This document shows positions 54,305-63,600 of a DNA stretch of 64,000 bases, piece after piece. Source of the DNA: Nostoc sp. (GTDB lineage: Bacteria > Cyanobacteriota > Cyanobacteriia > Cyanobacteriales > Nostocaceae); NCBI GenBank assembly GCA_036918135.1, contig JBALDB010000006.1, positions 94,158 to 158,157 on the forward strand, in the 5' to 3' direction. Position 1 is the first letter of the stretch. Every line of letters begins with the position of its first letter. A program made the position numbers and the translations under genes. The notes under the pieces are model-generated. The model was not told the DNA's origin. It did no database searches and saw nothing but the letters and a program-made list of their open reading frames with translations.

Positions 54305-55015
54305 ATGACAAACAATTATTTTATCGGGTTAGTAGTTTCTTATATATACGCAACTGGTCTACTTGTTATTGGTGAGGGACTACGTAGGCTGTTTGGTGTG
54401 AAACCAGATTTGACTCGCAAGGTAATTCATGTTGGGGCGGGGATGTGGGTTTTCGGTGTCCTGCTGTTGTTTAATCGCTGGGAAATCGGAATTATACCCT
54501 TTGCTACGTTTATTGGACTCAACTACCTGTTCTACCGCTACCGAGTGATTAGCGCAATGGATACCCAAGATAGTTCGCCTGGCACAGTTTATTTTGCTAT
54601 TTCCGTAACGCTGCTGTTTGGGTTACTGTGGCGACCAAATGGCCCAGTAGATAGCGCCCCAATTGCCGTAGCTGGAATAATGGCAATGACTTGGGGGGAT
54701 GCACTGGCAGCCTTAATCGGTAGGCATTTCGGGCAGCATAAATATCAGGTGGGTAATTCTGTGCGTTCCTGGGAGGGTTCAGCAGCCATGTTTGTAGCGA
54801 GTACAGCAGCGATTTTCTTGGTGCTGTTGCTACTTCCTGGGTCGTCTCTTAGCCCCCTAGCAATGCCTTTGGGTTTGGGATGGGCTTTATTGACAGCAAT
54901 AATAACTGCTACTTTTGCAACCCTAGCTGAAGCCGTTTCACCCCACGGCACGGATAACCTTAGCGTACCATTGGTAGCGGCAGGGGTAGTTTGGGTAGTA
55001 ATGCAGGCATTATAG
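54305..55015 (+). CDS. Polyprenol/phytol/dolichol kinase family membrane protein
   Basis: TRKVIHVGAG, WGDALAALIG, RSWEGS, GTDNLSVP. Confidence 0.88.
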   Translation: MTNNYFIGLVVSYIYATGLLVIGEGLRRLFGVKPDLTRKVIHVGAGMWVFGVLLLFNRWEIGIIPFATFIGLNYLFYRYRVISAMDTQDSSPGTVYFAISVTLLFGLLWRPNGPVDSAPIAVAGIMAMTWGDALAALIGRHFGQHKYQVGNSVRSWEGSAAMFVASTAAIFLVLLLLPGSSLSPLAMPLGLGWALLTAIITATFATLAEAVSPHGTDNLSVPLVAAGVVWVVMQAL

Positions 55016-55083
55016 TGAGGAAGGAGATGAGGGAGAGGCAAAGACACAAGGACGCGAAGAAAAACAAATGACAAATAACTAAT

Positions 55084-56538
55084 TCACAAATTCCAATTGC
55101 GACGAAAATGAAAGAAGTCTTCTAGAAACTCTTGCAAAGCAGTGTTACTATTTAACTTTTGTTTACTCCACTCTCTAACAATTTGTTCGATAATTTCTGA
55201 GAAACTGGGATAGACAGGAGAGAAATCTGCTAAATCTTTAACTTTAATTTTTTTGGACATTGCCAAAGCAATAAAATTAATTAATTCTCCAGCTTCTGCC
55301 CCCAATATCGAAGCTCCCAAAATTTCGCCATTACGTAGTACAATTAATTTACATAAACCAGTGGTTTCATCACGGAGTTGGGCTGCTGCCACTGTTTTGA
55401 AATACTGTCGCAAAACTAAAACTTCATCTCGATGAAATTGGCGTTTTGCCTGTGTCTCTATCAAACCCACTTGCGCCATCATGGGCACTGAAAATATTGC
55501 CCAAGAAATGTAGCCATAATTTACTCGTAATCTTGGAAAAAAGAGTGCATTTTTCAGAGCAATTTTTGCTTCATAATTAGCGATATTAGCAAAGTCGTAA
55601 CCACCAATTACATCACCACAAGCGTAAATTCTGTGATTGGTGGTTTGTAGTTTATCATTCACCACTAAACGATGCCCATGCCATTTCACACCTACCGTTG
55701 CCAAATTTAGAGATTCAATATTTGGCTGTTGGCCAGTCGCGACTAAAATTTCATCAGTTTCAATGGCTTTGTCTCCTGCCTGAAGCCACTTTTTATCATC
55801 AATTCGTCTAACTTGAGTCACTGATTTGTCGGTCAGTACACGCACACCTTCGACTTCCAACTGTGCTTGAAGCAGTATGGCAATCTCAGGGTCAATATGA
55901 GGTAAAACGTAGGGATACTTGACTACCAGCGTCACACTGCAACCGAACCGGGCTAAAGTTTGAGCGATTTCAATACTTTGAGGAATTCCGCCAATAATTA
56001 CCCAATTTTTGGGTAACGACACTTTATCTAAGCATTGCCAAATATTAGTTAAGGTAAGATAACCTGTAGCATCTAATCCTTCAATTTCCGGAATTTCTGG
56101 ACGTGAGCCATTAGCCAGCAGATAGGTGCGTGCGCGTAGTAGGCGACTGTTAACAATAAAAGCCAGTTGAGGTGAGGATTGAAATTGCCCAGTGCCAACG
56201 ATGATATCGACTCCCAGCGCGGCTAGGATAGCGGGAGAATATTGTTCTTCGAGATTTGAGACAACGGCTTGAGCATACACCATCGCTTCCTGCCATGCCA
56301 GAGATATATGACATTCTTCTGAGGTCTGAGAATGTGTGGCATGAATACCAAAACCAGCCGTATTACTGAATTTTTGTCCCAGTTTAGCAATTTCGCTGAG
56401 AGCATAATGATGAATAAACCCACAGTCTATTTTGGGTTGCACTAAGGCAACTGTAGCACCTAGCTGGGTGGCAGCAAAGGCAGCGTAGTATCCAGCAAGA
56501 CTGCCACCAATAATTACGACATCGTAATCAATAGTCAT
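55084..56538 (-). CDS. Pyridine nucleotide-disulfide oxidoreductase family protein (degenerate active site)
   Basis: YDVVIIGG, LLANGSRP, LQTTNHRIYACGDVIG, C-terminal dimerisation domain. Confidence 0.85.
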   Translation of the reverse strand: MTIDYDVVIIGGSLAGYYAAFAATQLGATVALVQPKIDCGFIHHYALSEIAKLGQKFSNTAGFGIHATHSQTSEECHISLAWQEAMVYAQAVVSNLEEQYSPAILAALGVDIIVGTGQFQSSPQLAFIVNSRLLRARTYLLANGSRPEIPEIEGLDATGYLTLTNIWQCLDKVSLPKNWVIIGGIPQSIEIAQTLARFGCSVTLVVKYPYVLPHIDPEIAILLQAQLEVEGVRVLTDKSVTQVRRIDDKKWLQAGDKAIETDEILVATGQQPNIESLNLATVGVKWHGHRLVVNDKLQTTNHRIYACGDVIGGYDFANIANYEAKIALKNALFFPRLRVNYGYISWAIFSVPMMAQVGLIETQAKRQFHRDEVLVLRQYFKTVAAAQLRDETTGLCKLIVLRNGEILGASILGAEAGELINFIALAMSKKIKVKDLADFSPVYPSFSEIIEQIVREWSKQKLNSNTALQEFLEDFFHFRRNWNL

Positions 56539-56595
56539 TTGTCATTTGTCATTGGTCATTTGTCATTGGGTAGTGGGTACAAGAAAAACTCTTCC

Positions 56596-57696
56596 CTAGT
56601 CCCCAGTCTCCAGTCCTTGCTCATTTAGTGCTGTGAGTAAGCGTTGGTTATCCGACTCTTCACGTACAGCAACCCGGAAAAAGCGATCGCCTAGTTCTTT
56701 AAAGCTAAGGCAATCGCGGATTAAAATCTGATAATGCTTGAGTAATTCTTGCTGTAACTGGGAAGTAGATTTTTGAGACTCAACTAGTAAAAAGTTAACA
56801 GCGCTTGCTTGGGGTTGCAATCCTGGGATCTGTGCTAATCCCTGAAAGAGTTGGTTTCGTGCAGGTGGTAGCCATGCCCAGGTTTGCTGTTGAAACTCCC
56901 TATCCTGGAGTGCCGCAATTGCCGCTGCTGCCGCTAGCGTGTTTACAGGCCAGGGGTCACGCCATAGCTGCCATTTAGCTAGACACTCAGGGTGAGCGAT
57001 CGCATATCCTAGTCGCAGCCCTGGGAGACTGTAAAATTTTGTCAGCGATCGCAATATTACTAAATTTGTATATTCCTGTACCACCCCAATTAAGCTTTGT
57101 TCTTCATTGGGTGGTACAAAATCCATAAACGCTTCATCTACCACTACCAAGGCAAACTGCTCTAGGTAGGGCAAAATCGAGTCCCGCGAAAATAGCTTAC
57201 CCGTCGGGTTATGCGGATTATTTAACAACAATCCTTTGTCCTTTGTCTTTTGTCCTTTGTCAAGAACTAATGACAAAGCACTTATCACCGATGACTCTTG
57301 ACCAATGACTAATGATAAAGGACACTCCAGCACTTTAGCCTTACACCCTGCTAAGGTTCGGTAGTAGTCGCCAAAGGCTGGAGTTATTAAAATTGTTGCC
57401 GCTAATTGTGCTAGTTCTCTACCTATTAAAGTAAGTAATTCTGCTGAGCCATTACCCGGCAGAATCCACTCAGACGGCAATTGATGGAAGTGACTGAGAG
57501 CTAGTCTCAGTTCACTATAGTTAGGGTCTGGATAGTGCTTAATATTACCAATTTGGGACACGATCGCAGCGATCGCGCTGTTTGGCGGCCCCAACGGGCT
57601 GATGCTAGCAGAAAAATCCAGAATAGCATTAGGGGGACAGCCAGCCAGTGCTGCTGCCCAGGCTAAATTTCCCCCGTGTGCTGGCTGCCGCATCAA
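56596..57696 (-). CDS. cobD: Threonine-phosphate decarboxylase
   Basis: HGGN, DFSASISPLG, NNPHNPTG, DEAFMDF, SLTKFYSLPGLRLGY. Confidence 0.92.
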   Translation of the reverse strand: MMRQPAHGGNLAWAAALAGCPPNAILDFSASISPLGPPNSAIAAIVSQIGNIKHYPDPNYSELRLALSHFHQLPSEWILPGNGSAELLTLIGRELAQLAATILITPAFGDYYRTLAGCKAKVLECPLSLVIGQESSVISALSLVLDKGQKTKDKGLLLNNPHNPTGKLFSRDSILPYLEQFALVVVDEAFMDFVPPNEEQSLIGVVQEYTNLVILRSLTKFYSLPGLRLGYAIAHPECLAKWQLWRDPWPVNTLAAAAAIAALQDREFQQQTWAWLPPARNQLFQGLAQIPGLQPQASAVNFLLVESQKSTSQLQQELLKHYQILIRDCLSFKELGDRFFRVAVREESDNQRLLTALNEQGLETGD

Positions 57697-57716
57697 AAAA
57701 AGGTTTCCTGAAGAAC

Positions 57717-58001
57717 CTACGATTTTGGGGGTGCTACCCTTTCTCTAAATAGCTTCCCTGCTGAGAAGGCAGGCACCTTCGTCGCTGGAATTTCCATTTT
57801 TTCATTTGTCTTCGGGTTGCGACCTTCACGAGCTTTACGTTCCCGTGATTCAAAAGAGCCAAATCCCACCAGCGTTACTTTATCACCAGAGGAAACGGCT
57901 TCAATAATCGTTTCCAGTGCAGCAGTTAAAACTGCATCGGCCTGTTTCTTGGTAACACTAGCCTTTTCAGCTACGGCGTCAACTAATTCACCTTTGTTCA
58001 T
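57717..58001 (-). CDS. hup: Histone-like DNA-binding protein HU
   Basis: MNKGELVDAVAEKA, GFGSF, GRNPKT, PAFSAGK; AGGAG RBS. Confidence 0.97.
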   Translation of the reverse strand: MNKGELVDAVAEKASVTKKQADAVLTAALETIIEAVSSGDKVTLVGFGSFESRERKAREGRNPKTNEKMEIPATKVPAFSAGKLFRERVAPPKS

Positions 58002-58852
58002 GTCAAACTCCTAAAGTTTACTTGAGATTTTTTACGGATGCTTTTTCGTACATCAGTAATTAAATCTCTGTTTCTAGAAATACAAAAATCATCCTTTGGG
58101 AGTATTTTTACTCAAAACGGCTGTACATCCCATCGGCTCGACTTTTCAATGAATCATTCTAAGGTGTTGTAGCCTGATGTGGATAGATGAAACCATTAAT
58201 TTATATAGATTTCAGGATTTTTTGTAGTTTTAGGGTACTTGTTACCCTAAAAACCCCCAAAAAAGTAGGAAAAAATACTTAGTAAAAACCCTAGTCATGA
58301 GGGGAACAAGCGAGGAGAAAGTGGGGGAGTGGAGGAGATGAGAAGAGAAGATGCTAGGGGTTTGAGCTAATTTGTGCGTTGGTATAGCCTCACTTGACCT
58401 TATGGTAGACATTTTTAAGTATCTGGAAATCTAGCTGTAAAAATCTGCGGGAGATTACGATTTGTGACGCGTTACCCCAAGTCAGCCATAAAAATTTATG
58501 GAGTGTCCCTGACTAACAAAACAGGAGATGAGAAGCTTCAACAAAATTAATCTCCTTCATCTCTCCCAAGTTCTCAGCACCGACTTGCGGCGCTTAGACT
58601 TTTCTGCTCATCCCTTAGACCCCTTACTATTCCCTAACAGAAATTTTCTCTTGCACCCAAGCCCAAACAGCACGGTTGATAGAAATTTCCCCATTTTTTT
58701 AACTTTTTGGATAAATCGAAATAAATTTCACAGGCTTTGTGTTCAACCAAACCAAAAATTCTCCGAAATATTCACCTAAGATGCTGTAACTAACTTTATT
58801 CTTGTGTCCAAGGATATTTAAAGTTATAGAAGATAAGCATATTACCAGCCTC

Positions 58853-60199
58853 ATGTCCATAGATTTACGAGCATTTTTTCTGGCAACTGACCCCAGTCGA
58901 ACCCTGTTCGTCAACAATCCTTCAGATGTGAAATATTACATTGATTTTTCTTCGGTACGAGGCGGAGATATTATTGGTAAGCTGAAGCAAAAAATTACTT
59001 ATTTCAAGCCGAATGAAGCTACCTGCACTCTATTTACTGGGCATATTGGCTGTGGAAAATCGACGGAATTATTAAGATTACAAGCAGAACTAGAAAAATT
59101 AGGCTTTCATGTGGTCTATTTTGAGTCTAGCGAAGACTTAGAAATGACTGATGTCGATATTGCCGATGTGCTGCTGGCGATCGCTCGGCGTGTGAGTCAA
59201 AGTCTGGATAAAATTACACTAGCGGAACCCACGAGATTTAATGATTTACTTGAAGGTGCGTGGAAGGTCTTAAACTCCGAAGTCACAGGGGCAAAAGTCA
59301 AGCTGGGCGGTGTTGATGTTGGTGTCACTAGCGACAAAGAAAAGTTGTCTTTGGCTTTTGGCATTGGTGAAATCACTACCAAGATGAAAAGTGACCCAAG
59401 CTTACGGGCAAAACTCAATCAATATCTAGCACCGCAGAAAACTAACTTGTTAGAAGCGATTAATCGGGAATTATTGGAACCTGCGATCGCTAAACTAAAA
59501 CAGCAGGGTAAACAAGGTTTGGTGGTAATTGTCGATAACCTTGACCGCATCGATAATCGTGTCAAAGCTTGGGGTCGTCCGCAGCAGGAATACCTATTTG
59601 TCGATCAGGGCGAATTTTTGACAAAACTGAATTGTCATTTAATTTATACTATGCCCCTATCGCTGAAGTTTTCCAATGATTACGGAATGCTGACCCAGCG
59701 ATTCCCGGAAGACCCCAAAGTATTGCCGATGGTGCCAGTACAATGGCCTGATGGCAGCGTTCACGAACAAGGAATGGCACTAATGAAACAGATGGTGCTA
59801 GCAAGAGCCTTTCCTGATTTACAACCAGATGAGCGCCTGAACAAGATTACTGAAATTTTTGATAATATCGCCACCCTAGACCGCTTATGTAGATTGAGTG
59901 GCGGTCACGTGCGCGACTTGCTCAGACTCCTGAATACTTGGATTATGGAAGAAATGGCGCTTCCCCTCACGCGCGATACTTTAGACCAAGTTGTTCGCGC
60001 CCGTCGGAATGAAATGATGATGCCCATTTCCAATGAGGAATGGCAATTGCTACGTCACGTCAAGCAAAACAAAAAAGTCAGCGATGACCAAGGATACCAA
60101 AAATTAATCCGCAGCCGCTTTGTCTTTGAATATCGCGATAGCGGCGAATCTTGGTTTGATGTCAACCCGATTTTGGCAGAAGCCAGGGAGTTGCAATGA
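58853..60199 (+). CDS. AAA+/P-loop ATPase
   Basis: GHIGCGKST Walker A, VVIVDNLDR Walker B, SGGHVRDLL sensor-2 region; probable ATG at 58853. Confidence 0.88.
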   Translation: MSIDLRAFFLATDPSRTLFVNNPSDVKYYIDFSSVRGGDIIGKLKQKITYFKPNEATCTLFTGHIGCGKSTELLRLQAELEKLGFHVVYFESSEDLEMTDVDIADVLLAIARRVSQSLDKITLAEPTRFNDLLEGAWKVLNSEVTGAKVKLGGVDVGVTSDKEKLSLAFGIGEITTKMKSDPSLRAKLNQYLAPQKTNLLEAINRELLEPAIAKLKQQGKQGLVVIVDNLDRIDNRVKAWGRPQQEYLFVDQGEFLTKLNCHLIYTMPLSLKFSNDYGMLTQRFPEDPKVLPMVPVQWPDGSVHEQGMALMKQMVLARAFPDLQPDERLNKITEIFDNIATLDRLCRLSGGHVRDLLRLLNTWIMEEMALPLTRDTLDQVVRARRNEMMMPISNEEWQLLRHVKQNKKVSDDQGYQKLIRSRFVFEYRDSGESWFDVNPILAEARELQ

Positions 60200-60229
60200 G
60201 GAATCAGAGAACTGAAAAAGAATTAGATT

Positions 60230-60430
60230 ATGAAACCAGAAACCAGAAATGTTTTGTTAAAAGCTTATGCACAATTGCACAAAATCACAGAAGAATTGTA
60301 TTTAGCCTCTGATAAAGCCGTAGAAAACAATGATTTTGAGGACGCTAGCTTACTAGCCAGTAGAGCAGATAGACTTTATGAAGAGATAGAAAATTTAGAG
60401 ATTGTAATTTCAGAACAGGAGGAGATATGA
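60230..60430 (+). CDS. Small acidic helical hypothetical protein
   Basis: 66-aa ORF co-oriented in the operon; stop overlaps next start (ATGA). Confidence 0.7.
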   Translation: MKPETRNVLLKAYAQLHKITEELYLASDKAVENNDFEDASLLASRADRLYEEIENLEIVISEQEEI

Positions 60431-60615
60431 AAACAATCCTAGAGTTAAAGATTCGTATTCAAGAACTCAGTAAACAAACTGTTGAATTTAGTAGAAAAGC
60501 ATCTGAAGTTTGTTTAAGTGACCGTCAGCAAGCCAAGTATTTCAGGCAACAAGCTAGAGAAGCTAGTAAACGCACTCAAGTATTGATACAGGAGTTAAAA
60601 CGCCAGGAAATTTAA
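60427..60615 (+). CDS. Small basic helical hypothetical protein
   Basis: 62-aa ORF, GGAGGAG RBS, ATGA overlap with previous gene. Confidence 0.7.
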   Translation: MKTILELKIRIQELSKQTVEFSRKASEVCLSDRQQAKYFRQQAREASKRTQVLIQELKRQEI

Positions 60616-60674
60616 TTTTGTAGTCTTGAATTGTTCTTCTGTGTGCGTCATACACTTTAGATTTACATCAGCTT

Positions 60675-63600
60675 ATGACAGACTCGCAACCAGTAGAAGA
60701 TAATCTTGCAAACAACGATCGCTCTTTGCAACAATTAGCTTGGGCGATTGAATCTTCTGTGGGACAATTTAAGCTGATTTTGGCACGGTGTAATTATGCC
60801 AAACTGCGCGATCGCCTCATCGAAAGATTGCAAGAAATCTGTCGAGTCGAAATTAAGCTGTTGGTGGTGCAGCAATCTCACAGGACTCTTTATACTGCAA
60901 TTCAAGAAGAATTCGGCGAGAACCTACCAGCTTGTGTGATGGTTGCGGGTTTAGAGACAGTGCAGAATTTAACTGCGATGTTGACTTCTGCTAATCAGGT
61001 GCGCGAGGAGTTTCGCAAGAATTTTGCTTTTCCTTTGGTGTTGTGGATTGACGATGAAATCTACAAACAACTAATGCAACTAGCTCCTGATTTAGAGAGT
61101 TGGGCGACTACGAAGAATTTTGATATATCTACACAACAATTAGTAGATTTTATTATCGAAACGGCTAATCAATGGTTTAGTAATAACTTAAATTTTAGCG
61201 TTGATGTATATATTAAACTGGAAAATGAGTTAGAGGCGGCACAAAGATATTTACTCAATCAGCCAGATGTTTATAATTTAGAAATTCGAGCTAATTTAGA
61301 ATCTTTATTAGGTTTTATCAAACAGATAAATAATCACAAAGATTCGGCGCTACAGCATTATCATAAAGCTTTAGAGCTTTGGCAGCAAAGTAATAATTTA
61401 GAACGACAGGTAAAAATCCTCGGTGAAATTGCATTTTGTTATTATCTCAAAGCTTTTAAACATCAAGATATCAATCATCCAGATTGGCAAGCAACTGGGC
61501 ATTATGTTCAAGAGTATATAAATTTTATTAACCAGTTTAGAAGTCCAGAGCTAATTGCTAACTCAGTAGTTAAGTTCGGTGATATCTTGCGAGACTTGCA
61601 GAAGTGGGAAACCTTGCAAAGTCTTTCAGAACAAGCTTTACTAATTCATCAAACTAACAACCAGCCAATAGAATTAGCCAAGGATTATGGTTTTTTAGCT
61701 GAGGTGGCTTTGGCTGAAAATAACTGGGTGAAAGCAGATCACTTAGTTAAAGAAGCCTTAAAAGTTTTTGATAACATTCCCAATCTAGAATCAGCTAATA
61801 TCTCAGGGGTTTTAGCTGATAATCCGGGAAGGGTTTTCAAATCAAAAGATTTGAGCTTATATCGATTTATTTTAGGTCGTTCTCAATACCATTTAAATCA
61901 AATTCCAGAGGCAACTTTCAGCTTAGAAACTGCTAGCGATGTGGGTAATCCCCTAGAAGATGTCAGGCTTTATTTGGATATTCTCAGTTTTTTACAGCAG
62001 CTTTATTTTGAGCAGAAAAAATATCTCCAAGCATACAACATTAAACAGCAACGGCGTTCCATAGAACAGCAATTTGGCTTGCGGGCTTTCATTGGTGCGG
62101 GGAGGTTAGAAGCAACAAAACAGGCATTTGTCGAGACATTGCGCTCAAACTCTCCCCAAGGAAATATTGCCCCAGAAATTGCTGCGTCTGGTCGCCTATT
62201 GGATGTAGAACGTTTAATTGAACGCATGGGTCGCCCTGATTATAAGCTGATAGTAATTCATGGGCAATCGGGTGTAGGCAAAAGTTCCCTGGTGAATGCG
62301 GGACTGGTGCCAGCTTTAAAGAATAAAGCGATCGGTATTCAAGATTATTTGCCGATAATAATTCGGGTTTATACTAACTGGTTGGAAGAGTTGGGCAAGC
62401 TTTTGGGGAGGGATGAGGCAGGGGGCAGGGGGCAGGGGGCAGGGGGAGAGTTGGAACTTCAAGTTTCGAGTTCACAAGGTCAACGTTCAGCCTCAGAAGG
62501 TCAACTTTCACCTTCAGAAGCTCAACTTTCATCCTCAGAAGCTCAACTTTCATCTTCAGAAGGTCAACTTTCATCTTCAGAAGGTCAACTTTCATCTTCA
62601 GAAGGTCAACTTTCATCCTCAGAAGGTCAACGTTCACCTTCAGAACTCGGAACTCCGCAATATTTAATATCCAGACTTAAAGAAAACGAACAGCGCAACC
62701 TCCGCACAGTCCTAATTTTCGACCAATTTGAAGAATTTTTCTTTGTTTACACCGAACCTGCACAAAGGAAGCAATTCTTTGAGTTTCTGGGAGAGTGTCT
62801 GAATGTTCTATCGGTGAAAGTTATCTTATCGCTGCGGGTAGATTATATTCATTACTTGCTGGAGTGCAATGATTTGCTCAGTCTACAAATTATTGGCAAT
62901 GACATTCTCAGTAAGAACGTGCTTTACAAATTGGGGAACTTCTCACCTGCTGATGCCAAGTCAATTATCCAGCGTTTAACTGAAAATACTAGTTTTCACT
63001 TAGAACCTGCTTTAGTCGAGCAAATGGTGCTGGATTTAGCCGCAGAATTAGGTGAAGTGCGTCCCATTGAGTTGCAGGTTATGGGGGCGCAGTTGCAAAC
63101 GGAGAACATTACAACTTTGGCAGAATATCGGCAGCGTGGCACTAAGGACGAATTGGTTAAGCGTTATTTGCATGAAGTTGTGAATGATTGCGGCGTAGAA
63201 AATCAGCAAGCAGCAGACATATTACTGTATTTGCTGACGGATGAAAAAGGAACTCGCCCCCTGAAGACTCGCGCTGAATTGGAACGCGATTTGCACGCAT
63301 TAAGCAAAGAAGCTGATAAAACTCAATTCTCCCCATCGCCCCATCTCCCCGTCTCCCTTTCCAACTTAGATTTGATATTAGAGATTTTTGTCCAATCTGG
63401 CTTAGTGGTTTTGCTACCAGAAAATCCGGTTGACCGTTATCAACTGGTACATGACTACATCGCCGCTTTTATCCGCCAGCAACAGGAACCGAAGTTAAAG
63501 CAGGTAATGGCGGAACTGGAAAAAGAACGAGAACAAAGAAAACTGAGTGACACCAAACTAAATAAGTTTCTCAAACGCGCCCTTTTTGGTTCACTTGCAG

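Noticed and set aside
58528..58917. ORFs 58528-58779 (+) and 58699-58917 (-)
   Set aside because: No recognisable motifs; they overlap each other or the ATPase start and are probably spurious.
62472..62639. Possible CRISPR array
   Set aside because: Units are directly adjacent with no unique spacers, lie in frame in a gene, and no cas genes are present.
62374..62667. ORFs 62374-62637 (-) and 62413-62667 (+) with heptad, zipper-like translations
   Set aside because: Alternative-frame readings of the 21-bp array inside the long STAND/WD40 gene.
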